Of a DNA stretch of 64,000 nucleotides, positions 12,075-21,631 are shown piece after piece. The translations under genes and the position numbers were made by a program. The stretch lies in contig DIIC01000017.1 of the NCBI GenBank assembly GCA_002420425.1, positions 76,052 through 140,051 of the forward strand, read 5' to 3'. The notes below the pieces were generated by a model, which did no database searches, had not been told where the DNA came from, and saw only the letters and a list, made by a program, of their open reading frames with translations. The stretch is from Proteobacteria bacterium UBA5680. Lineage in GTDB: Bacteria; Pseudomonadota; Gammaproteobacteria; Arenicellales; UBA5680. Within the stretch, counting starts at the first letter, position 1, and every line of letters begins with the position of its first letter.

Positions 12075-12238
12075 GGAGTATGTTTGGATAGGGAATTGGT
12101 AGTGGCAAATCGAGTGGTTTTAATCCCATCAAGTGATGTCTCGAAAGGGTGGTATTTCAGTTCAACAATTAGACCAAGGATAAGCAGATTTATCACTTTG
12201 GTAAAGTAGGGTTATCTTCCAAATACACAGAAGTGTTT

Positions 12239-13576
12239 CTAACTGTTGGCATCTCCCTCCTCCAGTTGTTCGAATTGTCCATCAAGAGTCTCCTGCAAGA
12301 TCATGGGGTCAGCCCCGGCCAGGGGGAGAGGTTCTTCCGCTTCAATACGAGGGTCAATCTCATTTGGAATTGGGGAGACCGTGATATCAGGCATGGGGAC
12401 AAAGGTCTCTTTTTCTTCAATCGGAGCCCAGGATCTTCGTGTCATTCTCCAGAGGATATAGCTGAAAAAGAGGGTTGCCACTACGGCACCATGGATAAAA
12501 AGTCCAGCCGGACCAAACCACTGCATCACCATACCGGCAGAAAGCGGTCCAATTGCGGCCCCAATTCCCCATGCCAGGTTGAGTCCGCCTGCTGTTTTCA
12601 ACATTTCGTTGGCATCCACATAATCATTCGCATAGGCCATACACAGAGGAAAGAGAGTGGTGGAGAATCCACTCAATATCGACATTATGATGAAAAGATA
12701 GAGCAGTGGAAATGACGTGGATATACTCATAAGCGTCGAGATTGTTGCCACAATAAAAGTAACTGAAAAAATAACCTTTCGCCGATCAAAACGGTCTGAC
12801 AGCCAACCAGCCGGGTATTGCAACAGCAGGCCGCTCATTAGGGTAATGCTCATAAATAACGATATTTCGACTGTAGTGAGCCCAATCCCTTTGGCATAAA
12901 TGCTGCCGAGCGAAAATATGGGTGCCTGCATCAACCCCTGGGTAAAGACCCCCGCAACCGCCGTCGGTGATACTTCAAAAAGGCGGCGAATGCCAAATCG
13001 TTTGTTGTCGATTACATCAGGATTGGTGGCGCGGGTCAGGGCAACAGGGACTACAGCGAGTGTGAGAAGAATAGCGACCAGAGAAAAAAGAGCATCATTA
13101 TCGTAGATGCCAATATTAAGAAGTTGTTGAGATCCCCCCTGAGCGAAGTAGTTGATCATCATGTAGAGGGAGAGAACCTTTGCTCTGTTCTCTGATGATG
13201 TGCGTACATTGAGCCAGCTCTCAACGATGACGTACATACTGATCACATTAAAGCCCATGATTGCACGCAGCACAGTCCAGGCTTCAACGTGGGTAACCAG
13301 TGAAAAGCTAAGGACGGTCGCTGCTGAAATTGCTGAAAAAGCAGCAAATGATCTGATATGACCGGAACGAGCAATAATTCGAGGGCAGTAGAGGGTTCCA
13401 ATTATCATTCCGAAGAAGAACGCAGAACTCATTACACCAATCATCTCATCGGAAAATCCAATCAGATCGGCGCGCAGGACGATAAATGAACCAAATGCAC
13501 TATTACCCAGACTCAGCAATACCACTGAGGTCATCAAGGCGAACAGTGCATAGAGCGTTTTCAGCGCATCAAACAT
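12239..13576 (-). CDS. MFS transporter
   Basis: 445 aa, about 12 TM, with an acidic cytoplasmic tail. Confidence 0.75.
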   Translation of the reverse strand: MFDALKTLYALFALMTSVVLLSLGNSAFGSFIVLRADLIGFSDEMIGVMSSAFFFGMIIGTLYCPRIIARSGHIRSFAAFSAISAATVLSFSLVTHVEAWTVLRAIMGFNVISMYVIVESWLNVRTSSENRAKVLSLYMMINYFAQGGSQQLLNIGIYDNDALFSLVAILLTLAVVPVALTRATNPDVIDNKRFGIRRLFEVSPTAVAGVFTQGLMQAPIFSLGSIYAKGIGLTTVEISLFMSITLMSGLLLQYPAGWLSDRFDRRKVIFSVTFIVATISTLMSISTSFPLLYLFIIMSILSGFSTTLFPLCMAYANDYVDANEMLKTAGGLNLAWGIGAAIGPLSAGMVMQWFGPAGLFIHGAVVATLFFSYILWRMTRRSWAPIEEKETFVPMPDITVSPIPNEIDPRIEAEEPLPLAGADPMILQETLDGQFEQLEEGDANS

Positions 13577-13925
13577 CTCTGGAGAGTCCCTTTTTGGTGA
13601 GGGGGTTCACACAGTTGACAGTCAAGAGCACCCATAGAAAGAGGGCTCGCGATAGTGGATCAAAGAATCCTGGGCGCGCGATTTATACGCCTGTTGGCAG
13701 GCTCAGTCAATACCCCATTAGCACATCGTGATGGATAAAAAAGAGAATAAAAAAATACAATATAAACAAAGAGTAAAAGGAGGTTCCAATAAATCGGAAG
13801 AGGTGGATTTGGGGTGTGTCCAGAGGTCAGTACCGCTCGCCCTTCGGAGTGCGAAATTTCAATAGGGTAGAGTGATGATGCGGCTTTCTCTGACTCATGT
13901 TGACGATGAGAGTAAAAGAGAAAAA

Positions 13926-14501
13926 TTAAATCTCTATGCCCTCAACAACATAACGCAGATCATTGCTGGGGTGAGTAGGGATCGCATCAAAAGGCCAGCA
14001 GGTAACCAGGGTAAGTCGTCTGTCATCAGTCTTAAGTCCAAGTGAGACAGAGTCACTCTCAACAACCTGGGTATGGATAACCTTGTATTGGGTCGTCTCA
14101 CCATTGGTTTTGTCGATCAGCAGATGATCCCCGGAGTGGATGAGCTGGAGAAACCTAAAGTGAGTGTCTCGGTGGCCACTGATGACGGCGTTTCCTCTCT
14201 CTCCGGGGAGCGGACTGCTTTCAAGATGGCCAGGACCAAAAGCAAGTGTGCGGCCGCTGGTGCCCGAGAGGACAATCAGATCAACATCTTTATCCGGCAC
14301 CCGAAGGCGGGCTACCGGATAAGTGTCTGCCCAGGGCCAGGGTCGATGAATATTGAGATCTTCAATAGAACTGCTCCAGGCACTCTCAACCAAATATTGG
14401 CCAATCAGTGCTTTGGTATGAATCCAACCCGCATTTAACAAAAAAATTGACGCAAGCAACCCAAGCCCGAGGGATAAAAAAGAGGGCCAACAGCGACTCA
14501 T
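13926..14501 (-). CDS. sortase (Gram-negative / marine proteobacterial class)
   Basis: N-terminal TM. His motif ISGHRDTHF. Catalytic Cys in LTLVTCWPF. Arg in LRYVV. The ATG at 14501 forms an ATGA overlap with the stop of the upstream target gene. The ORF is open to 14528. Confidence 0.85.
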   Translation of the reverse strand: MSRCWPSFLSLGLGLLASIFLLNAGWIHTKALIGQYLVESAWSSSIEDLNIHRPWPWADTYPVARLRVPDKDVDLIVLSGTSGRTLAFGPGHLESSPLPGERGNAVISGHRDTHFRFLQLIHSGDHLLIDKTNGETTQYKVIHTQVVESDSVSLGLKTDDRRLTLVTCWPFDAIPTHPSNDLRYVVEGIEI

Positions 14502-16624
14502 GCAAGTCGCTGTCGGCCATAATGCCACACCAAAAGTGCCAGGAGGAATAACACTATTGCCAAAATAAAATACTCAGTAGCAGGGGTGGCGGTTTTTGCA
14601 AGCAGGAGAGTGTGAAGGGATGGACGAGGTGTTGAGTTTGATGAGCTCTTCAGTCTCCAACCATCCGGAAGATGGGTCGGCATCTGAATTCTCTTAAGAG
14701 GGTTGTTTGCTGTTCTGGCGGGAGTTTTATCTACAGCTACCAGACTGGTGTAGGGGGTGACAAGGTGGTGATCCAACCCCAGTCCGGTAATCAACGCTCT
14801 TGTTTGGCTGCGATTATTGGAGTTTTGGTTGATGACAAGTTGTGCAATTTTTTTTCTGCCCCATAAGGAAGAGAGTTGGGCACCGGAATCTGGAGATTGT
14901 GAAACGGCCCGAAGGTGCCAGGGCGCTCCTGCAAGGGTACCTGTGATCTCAAGCTCATCGATGGGTGTATTCAGTCTCATTGCAATAATAAGCGGCTGGT
15001 TCTGATAGAGATCGTGGAGAGGGTTGGGGTAGTAATCAGAGAAAACGGATAGAGGCTGATCTTCACTCCGGATGGAGAGATTGGCGAAAACCGGGTTTTC
15101 CAGCTGATGATAGAGGGCAGTCATTTTCTGGTGAACCTCTTCGGTCTTGCCAATTGTGGTGTGGGTTCCTCTGCCTAGCGATGCTGCTCTTGACATAAAA
15201 AAACTGTTGGGGGCTGATCCAATGCCGACCGTAAAGAGGCGACTGTCACCCAGCCTCGACTTGATGAGTGAAAACAACTCAGATTCATTGCCAATTGCAC
15301 CATCGGTAACAAAAATGACCTGCCGTAGCCGACCGTCGGTTGAGCTATCTCTCAGTGCAAGATCAAGCGCGGGTGCCATCTCGGTCCCCCCATCAGCACT
15401 GAGATGGGAAACATAATGGATCGCCCGCTTTTTGTTGGAGAGGGTGGCCTCAGAGGGGATGAAAAACAATTTACCCGTGGTGTTGTTGAAATCAATGATA
15501 TTAAAAAAGTCTTCGGGATGAAGTCGTTTAATACCACTGATCAGAGCCGATCGAGCCTCACTGATCGATGAACCATACATCGACCCAGATCTATCAATGA
15601 CAAAAATAACTTCACGAGCAATGCGCGCTCTTTCAGCTGTCGCTTTGGGTGGCAACACCATCAGCAGCCCATAGGTGTGGTGCGAAAATGACTCCGTTAA
15701 AAGGGTTGCCTGGGGTTTTGCTGTAAGGCGCGGTTGCCAGGTCAGTTCAAAATCACGGTCAGCAGGAACCGTACCTGCCAGGGAGAGGGTCACTCTGTTA
15801 TCCGGACCCTCTTTTTTGGTCACATAGTGGTAAGTGCTTTCAATAGATTGAAGTGGAAACCCTGGATTTAGCCTCACTGTTAATGAGACGGGATTAATAA
15901 AGGGCGCATCAGGGGGAATGATTGACAACTCGATTTTTTGGCTCTCTTGATTGAGGCCGCCAGCCTCTGTCTCTTCGGATGGACTTGAGGAGTGATCAAC
16001 TGGGATTGGGTGATAACGGGGTGCAACCACCATGGGGAACCGTATTCGATAACGATTATCACTGTACGTCAGTGTCTGGAGGTAACTGATGCGTATTTTA
16101 ATCTCTTCGTGCGGTGAGATATTTGCTACAGAGGTAGTAAATATATTGGGACGTTGCTGCTCAACCAGTGAGGCGCGATGCCCGGCTTTTTTGGCTCTCG
16201 AATAGATCTCTTTTGCCTTGGTTTTTGGCTCTATATTGCCCTCAATGATCCGATCTCCAATTTCCATGTAGAGCTGGTCTACTGCTGAATCTTCTGGCAA
16301 TGGGAAGATATAGAGCCCTTCAATCCACTCGTCTCCAGGGTTTTTAAAACTCTGGGTGACAACTACTCTGGCTACAATGCCTGAAATATCCATCTCAACA
16401 TCGGTGCTGATCAGCGTTGCCAAATCGATATCCAGATTTAAGGACTCCTCAGATGGCGTCATGCTGCGAAAGAGAAATGAACCCTGCCTGATTTCTGAAA
16501 GATTAGGTAAAATCGGGTCTGAATATTGAGAATTTGATTTGATTGGGGTGGCCAAAAGGGGGGATTGAAGTCCAAGGAGGAGGGCACAACAGGTTAGTAT
16601 CTTAAAGCCCACTCTATTCCACAT
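14498..16624 (-). CDS. sortase target protein with VIT and vWA domains and a C-terminal sorting signal
   Basis: Signal peptide from MWNRVGFKILTCCALLLGLQSPLLA (ATG 16624; the ORF is open to 16720). N-terminal VIT-like region. MIDAS VIFVIDRSGSM. The C-terminus has LAKTAT, then a hydrophobic helix, then the basic tail YGRQRLA. Confidence 0.85.
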   Translation of the reverse strand: MWNRVGFKILTCCALLLGLQSPLLATPIKSNSQYSDPILPNLSEIRQGSFLFRSMTPSEESLNLDIDLATLISTDVEMDISGIVARVVVTQSFKNPGDEWIEGLYIFPLPEDSAVDQLYMEIGDRIIEGNIEPKTKAKEIYSRAKKAGHRASLVEQQRPNIFTTSVANISPHEEIKIRISYLQTLTYSDNRYRIRFPMVVAPRYHPIPVDHSSSPSEETEAGGLNQESQKIELSIIPPDAPFINPVSLTVRLNPGFPLQSIESTYHYVTKKEGPDNRVTLSLAGTVPADRDFELTWQPRLTAKPQATLLTESFSHHTYGLLMVLPPKATAERARIAREVIFVIDRSGSMYGSSISEARSALISGIKRLHPEDFFNIIDFNNTTGKLFFIPSEATLSNKKRAIHYVSHLSADGGTEMAPALDLALRDSSTDGRLRQVIFVTDGAIGNESELFSLIKSRLGDSRLFTVGIGSAPNSFFMSRAASLGRGTHTTIGKTEEVHQKMTALYHQLENPVFANLSIRSEDQPLSVFSDYYPNPLHDLYQNQPLIIAMRLNTPIDELEITGTLAGAPWHLRAVSQSPDSGAQLSSLWGRKKIAQLVINQNSNNRSQTRALITGLGLDHHLVTPYTSLVAVDKTPARTANNPLKRIQMPTHLPDGWRLKSSSNSTPRPSLHTLLLAKTATPATEYFILAIVLFLLALLVWHYGRQRLA

Positions 16625-16964
16625 TACAGCGTTGGTATTTTGGGATTCACTTGACAGGTCTGAGATTGATCTCTGAGATATTGCGGTGTTTTTACCACTG
16701 CGAAGCGCGAGGTAGAACATTGAAAATTGATTCTCCAGATCTGATTCACTTTATCTGTCTTGTAATTTGACACCTCCTAGTGGTGAATTGGGTTTAATCA
16801 GATGGTTTTTTTCTGGTGCAAAATGACATAGTCATGCAGAGTGAGGCACCCTGAGTCATTTGGGAGCAAGTGGGCATAGCATCAATCCGTGGAGAGAAGA
16901 GGATTAAATACGACTGTCAGAATATACAATCTGTCATCGTGCTGAAGAGATGATTTGAGGAGAA

Positions 16965-17792
16965 GTGATGAGGCGGGTCTTTATTGGCTGGAAAAGGATT
17001 GTATTGTTGCTGGGTACCGTGATGCTGTTTAATTCAGGCGTTGCTATGGAGAATGGAGAGATCAAGCTGGCAACCACTACCAGTACAGTCAACTCAGGTC
17101 TGCTTGATCAACTGTTGCCCGTCTTTACGCGTGCAAGCGGTATTCGAGTCAAGGTGATTGCGGTTGGCACGGGCAAGGCGCTAAAGATGGGGGTCGACGG
17201 TGATGTTGATATTGTTCTTGTCCATGCGCCTAAGGCAGAAACCCAATTTGTTGCTTCGGGCAGTGGCGTGGGTCGTCGACAGGTGATGTATAATGACTTT
17301 GTTGTCGTTGGGCCATTATCTGATCCGGCTGACATCAAGAACGCATCGAATATTGACACCGTCTTTAACCGAATCGCCAATAAAAGTGCACTCTTCATTT
17401 CAAGGGGTGATGATTCAGGTACTCATAAAAAGGAGCTCCTGCTATGGAAGCGTTCATCTCTCGACCCAGATGGTGTCTGGTATCGGGAAGTAGGGCAGGG
17501 AATGGGAAGGACCCTTCAGATTGCCAATGAACTGCAAGGCTATACGCTGACTGACAGAGGAACCTGGCTGGCTACTCGAGACCAATATGATCTGGATCTC
17601 TTGTTTTCTGGTGATTCGGCCCTTTTTAACCCTTATGGGATAATTCCAGTCAACCCAAAACGACATCCCCATGTCAACTACGCGGCCGCAAGTCGTTTTG
17701 CTGAATGGTTGGTGACACCGGCCACAGGGAGGTTGATTGCCAATTATCGAGTGGGGGGTGAACAACTCTTTGTACCCATGAGTGGTGAGTAG
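16965..17792 (+). CDS. tupA: tungstate/molybdate-type ABC transporter substrate-binding protein (TupA-like)
   Basis: 275 aa. Signal peptide, then the TupA-type stretch ATTTSTVNSGLLDQLLPVF...VGTGKAL...DIVLVHAPKAE. Followed by a cognate permease and ATPase. Confidence 0.7.
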   Translation: MMRRVFIGWKRIVLLLGTVMLFNSGVAMENGEIKLATTTSTVNSGLLDQLLPVFTRASGIRVKVIAVGTGKALKMGVDGDVDIVLVHAPKAETQFVASGSGVGRRQVMYNDFVVVGPLSDPADIKNASNIDTVFNRIANKSALFISRGDDSGTHKKELLLWKRSSLDPDGVWYREVGQGMGRTLQIANELQGYTLTDRGTWLATRDQYDLDLLFSGDSALFNPYGIIPVNPKRHPHVNYAAASRFAEWLVTPATGRLIANYRVGGEQLFVPMSGE

Positions 17793-17798
17793 ACATTA

Positions 17799-18500
17799 AT
17801 GCAGACACTTGGTGAAGTTACTCTTGATGCTTATCGCTTGCTTTTTTCAGGTGATCGGGAGTTATGGGAGATTATTCTTCTCTCCTTTAGTGTCTCCCTA
17901 AGAGCGATCGTGTTTGTAACCCCATTGGCACTGGCAGTGGCTTTTATACTGGCCTACACCCGTTTTCCGGGACGTCAATTTTTAATTTCACTGTTCAACT
18001 CTCTCCTTGCGCTCCCCGCAGTTGTGGTGGGCTTATTGCTCTATGTCCTGCTCTCTCGAGCAGGTCCGCTTGGGGATTGGCGGCTCTTGTTTACTCAATC
18101 AGCAATGATTCTTGGGCAGATGGTTCTCTGTTTTCCCATCCTGGTCTCAATGAGCCATGCTTCCATACAGGGTGGAGATCGCAGAGTGTGGGAGACCGCC
18201 ATCACTCTGGGCGCATCACCACTCAGGGCCATGTTTACACTGCTGTATGAAGTTCGCTTTGGATTAATGGCAGCAATTGCTGCTGGTTTTGGCAGAGTTA
18301 TCGCAGAGGTGGGATGTTCAATGATGGTGGGCGGCAACATTCTCCATTTTACCCGTAATATCCCAACGGCCATCGCTCTGGAGACGAGCAAGGGTTCATT
18401 CTCTCAGGGTATTGCTCTGGGTATGGTGCTTCTTTTTCTGGCTCTTCTGCTTAACTTCATGGTCAGTCAGTTCAGAGGTCATGGAACGTTGAGCGAATGA
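17799..18500 (+). CDS. tupB: tungstate ABC transporter permease (TupB-like)
   Basis: 233 aa, 5-6 TM ABC permease. Overlaps the next gene by 4 nt. Confidence 0.7.
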   Translation: MQTLGEVTLDAYRLLFSGDRELWEIILLSFSVSLRAIVFVTPLALAVAFILAYTRFPGRQFLISLFNSLLALPAVVVGLLLYVLLSRAGPLGDWRLLFTQSAMILGQMVLCFPILVSMSHASIQGGDRRVWETAITLGASPLRAMFTLLYEVRFGLMAAIAAGFGRVIAEVGCSMMVGGNILHFTRNIPTAIALETSKGSFSQGIALGMVLLFLALLLNFMVSQFRGHGTLSE

Positions 18501-19159
18501 AAAAGAGTACGAAAACAATGATCTGGCGGACGGTTAAAGTATCAGTCGGTGGAAGGCCGGTTGTAGATGTTGATACCATGACGATCGCATCAGGCCAGTG
18601 TATTCGACTGGCGGGGTCCAATGGGTCCGGTAAAACAACCTTGCTCAAGGTTATTGCCGGGTTATTGAAGCCAGACAATGGAAGTGTGGAAATGGAAGGG
18701 CAGCTACTTGAGTGGGTTGAAGCAAAAAAAATACTTCACAACAAGGTCGTCTATCTTCATCAACAGCCCTATCTTTTTGATACTACAGTGACAAAGAATA
18801 TCGAATACGGGCTTCGTCAACAGGGCGTCAAGGGTGAGGCATTAAGAAGCCAGGTTGCAGAGGCACTCGAGTGGGCCCAGTTAACGCACCTTGCAGACCG
18901 TCACGCCCGTCAACTTTCCGGGGGTGAGAGCCAGAGGGTCGCTTTAACTCGCGGCCGGGTAGTCCATCCAGAAGTATTACTCCTTGATGAGCCCACATCA
19001 GGAATGGACGCCGAGTCACGCAATAAAACTTTCGAACTTGTCCATCGGCTGCGTGAACAGGGAATGGCTATGATATTGACCAGTCATGAGCTGACAGAGG
19101 AGGCCGGTCTTTCCGACATGACTTATGAGATTGTGGGAGGAAAGCTGAGGTCAATCTGA
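18497..19159 (+). CDS. tupC: tungstate ABC transporter ATP-binding protein (TupC-like)
   Basis: Walker A GSNGSGKTT, signature LSGGESQRVAL, Walker B LLLDEPTSGMD. Confidence 0.7.
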   Translation: MKKSTKTMIWRTVKVSVGGRPVVDVDTMTIASGQCIRLAGSNGSGKTTLLKVIAGLLKPDNGSVEMEGQLLEWVEAKKILHNKVVYLHQQPYLFDTTVTKNIEYGLRQQGVKGEALRSQVAEALEWAQLTHLADRHARQLSGGESQRVALTRGRVVHPEVLLLDEPTSGMDAESRNKTFELVHRLREQGMAMILTSHELTEEAGLSDMTYEIVGGKLRSI

Positions 19160-19229
19160 GCATTCATCCGCTTTTACTCCCTTCAAACAGCAAACATCAA
19201 AGAAATAGTAACCAAGTGCAGGAGATCTG

Positions 19230-20456
19230 ATGGCCAACAATAGTGAACAAAAGATGCTCACCTTCAAAGAGGCGTTGACTCGAATTGAATCTTCAATCAC
19301 GCCTCTTTCAGGCTCTGAACAGGTTTCAATTGTGGATGCCCTTGGCCGGGTTGCCAAACAGGACGTTAACTCCCCGATCGCAGTACCGGCTCATACAAAC
19401 TCGGCCATGGACGGATATGCATTCCGTTTTGATGACATCACACCGTCAGGTGAGCCAACCCATCTAATCATCATTGGCGGAGCACTTGCCGGGAAGCCCT
19501 TTGACGGAGAGGTAAAGTCTGGTGAATGTGTCCGGATTATGACCGGTGCAGTTCTCCCTCAAGGGGCCGATACGGTAGTTATGCAGGAACAGGTTGAAGC
19601 TACTGACAGCGGTGCTTTGATAGGGGGTGAGATCAGCAAGGGACAGAATGTCAGGCAGGCCGGAGAAGACCTGCAACAAGGTGGGGTGGCCCTTGCCGCA
19701 GGAAAACGAATTCGGCCCGCAGAGTTGGGTCTACTGGCTTCTATTGGGGTTTCGGATCTAACTGTCACACGCAGGCCAAAAGTAGCATTCTTCTCAACAG
19801 GCGATGAGTTGCGATCCATTGGAGAGCGTTTAGAGGTCGGTCAAATCTATGATAGTAATCGCTACACCCTAATGGGAATGCTGAAGGATCTTGGTGTAGA
19901 GATTGAGGATATGGGAATTATCCCTGACGATCGCAGGATGACCCGTGAAGCGTTTACCGCTGCAGCGGCCACAGCCGACATGCTGATCACCTCTGCCGGA
20001 GTATCAGTGGGTGAGGCTGACTATATTGCAGAGACGCTGGCTTCCCTGGGTAGTGTTGATTTCTGGAAATTGGCGATCAAACCAGGCAGACCTCTCGCTT
20101 TTGGTCAGATTGGCAATGCCCAGTTTTTCGGGCTTCCTGGCAACCCTGTAGCGGTAATGGTCACCTTTCATCAGTTCGTAGTTCCTGCGCTTCGGCGAAT
20201 GATGGGTGAGAGTACAACACTGATGCCTAGATTCAGGGTGCAGTGTGATGCTCATCTTCGAAAAATTCCGGGCCGGCTTGAATTTCAGCGTGGAGTTCTC
20301 TTTCAAACCAAAGAAGGAAGTTGGCGTGTCACGACTACGGGTCAACAAGGATCGGGAATTCTCAATTCAATGAGTCAGGCGAACTGTTTTATCATTCTGT
20401 CCGAAGAGTCATCATCTGTTGAACCGGGGATGGAGGTGGAGATCCAGCCCTTCTAG
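19230..20456 (+). CDS. moeA: molybdopterin molybdenum/tungsten transferase MoeA
   Basis: 408 aa. MoeA pattern SPIAVPAHTNSAMDGYAF...GADTVVMQE...FSTGDEL...DSNR...GLPGNPVA. Located 70 nt after tupC. Confidence 0.88.
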   Translation: MANNSEQKMLTFKEALTRIESSITPLSGSEQVSIVDALGRVAKQDVNSPIAVPAHTNSAMDGYAFRFDDITPSGEPTHLIIIGGALAGKPFDGEVKSGECVRIMTGAVLPQGADTVVMQEQVEATDSGALIGGEISKGQNVRQAGEDLQQGGVALAAGKRIRPAELGLLASIGVSDLTVTRRPKVAFFSTGDELRSIGERLEVGQIYDSNRYTLMGMLKDLGVEIEDMGIIPDDRRMTREAFTAAAATADMLITSAGVSVGEADYIAETLASLGSVDFWKLAIKPGRPLAFGQIGNAQFFGLPGNPVAVMVTFHQFVVPALRRMMGESTTLMPRFRVQCDAHLRKIPGRLEFQRGVLFQTKEGSWRVTTTGQQGSGILNSMSQANCFIILSEESSSVEPGMEVEIQPF

Positions 20457-20503
20457 GCGTGTTTTGCTGAGTTTGAGCTTTTTTGGTCAGGGTTTGATTG
20501 GTT

Positions 20504-20713
20504 TTAGTTTTTCCGGAGCCATGATTGGTAGTTGCTCCAGTTTCCACCGTGCTGGTTCTCCAGGTGATACTGGTGATTGATGTGGTGCTGGACGGCATCT
20601 CGTTTAATCAATTGGCTGAGTGACAGCGTGCGCGCTGACCGCAACATGAGGTAGAGAATTGCTATCAGAAGCAGGTGCAGGATCCAGCCAGAACCAAACA
20701 GAAGCTCAACCAT
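20504..20713 (-). CDS. small membrane protein (69 aa), function unknown
   Basis: N-terminal TM (GWILHLLLIAILYLML) and a His/Asn/Gln-rich tail. Its start overlaps the upstream 54-aa ORF by 8 nt (ATGGTTGA). Confidence 0.4.
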   Translation of the reverse strand: MVELLFGSGWILHLLLIAILYLMLRSARTLSLSQLIKRDAVQHHINHQYHLENQHGGNWSNYQSWLRKN

Positions 20714-20870
20714 CGATCAGCACCATCAGCAGTGACCACAGCGCCATAAACAGAATCAGATGGCTGACCATTATGTCCGCAGAATCCCTGGCCAGGCTGA
20801 ATCGAATCCTCAGGCCCCCAAAGGCGAACAGCAGCGTTGTACTTGACCAGATAATAGAATTAATGGTCAT
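20706..20870 (-). CDS. small two-TM membrane protein (54 aa), function unknown; below the cut-off of the ORF track
   Basis: Read by hand on the minus strand. A GAGGAG SD lies 7 nt before the ATG at 20870. Translation MTINSIIWSSTTLLFAFGGLRIRFSLARDSADIMVSHLILFMALWSLLMVLIDG. TGA at 20708-20706. Confidence 0.4.
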   Translation of the reverse strand: MTINSIIWSSTTLLFAFGGLRIRFSLARDSADIMVSHLILFMALWSLLMVLIDG

Positions 20871-20890
20871 CACCTAACTCCTCAGATTGA

Positions 20891-21217
20891 TTAACCAGTA
20901 TTGTCAGTGTCGGCATAGTGATCATTGTCGCTCAGTGTTGTCTTCATCCAGCCAAACATCAGCTCTTTCTGGATTATACCGCAAGTCAGACCTACACAGA
21001 GAGTGGGTTTAATAACAACTCCATCATTATTGATGATACTGAGACTATTGCAGACAGCGAAGCCTGTCAAAAAATTCCATCCACCCGGATACTCTGTGGC
21101 ATAGATTTCTCTTGCTTTAAGGTATTTTCTGCCATTTTCGAATAGGGAGCTGACGCCGTGGTAGCTCAATCTTTTCTTCTGTTCATGAATATAGAGATCA
21201 GCAAAGGTGCTGGCCAA
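20891..21217 (-). CDS. hypothetical protein (108 aa)
   Basis: ORF only. TTG start. Lower-GC stretch. No family recognised. Confidence 0.3.
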   Translation of the reverse strand: MASTFADLYIHEQKKRLSYHGVSSLFENGRKYLKAREIYATEYPGGWNFLTGFAVCNSLSIINNDGVVIKPTLCVGLTCGIIQKELMFGWMKTTLSDNDHYADTDNTG

Positions 21218-21305
21218 TATATCAGCCTCAGTCTGAGGGTCCGAACATCTCTACCTCCCAACGAGTGGCAATTGCGGTCGCAACAGCGCATTGAGTTCTC
21301 CGTAT

Positions 21306-21569
21306 TCATCCAGATTCAGCATGCTCCTCTTTGAAACGTTTGATGAGTTGATCGGCAAGCTTGAGGATGCCAATAAATTTTCCTCTGAAAAATAGAGGGT
21401 TACTCTCTGTGTGGCCTGCCTCCATCTTGTGCTGAAACACTATTAAGCGCAGACTTGAGGTTGGATATGATCTGGAACGGAGACCTGAGCTTTTTTTATT
21501 GGCCATAGCCGGCCATCTCAATATTCTATATTCAACTGTTTCTGATTGATCTTGTTTGGATTGAAACAC
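21306..21569 (-). CDS. hypothetical protein (87 aa or shorter, alternative start MANKK)
   Basis: ORF only, divergent from nifJ. No family recognised. Confidence 0.3.
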   Translation of the reverse strand: MFQSKQDQSETVEYRILRWPAMANKKSSGLRSRSYPTSSLRLIVFQHKMEAGHTESNPLFFRGKFIGILKLADQLIKRFKEEHAESG

Positions 21570-21631
21570 TTTTTTAACTCATCAAGGGGCACGTAGCTGG
21601 CACTGGACACATTTTTCAAAAAGTTGTCTAT

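Noticed and set aside
16721-16964. Possible Moco/Tuco riboswitch in the 244-nt leader of tupA.
   Set aside because: I could not find the conserved core elements I remember for the Moco RNA motif, and I could not draw a convincing multi-stem fold by eye. It needs a covariance-model scan (the Rfam Moco RNA motif). A hit there would overturn this rejection.
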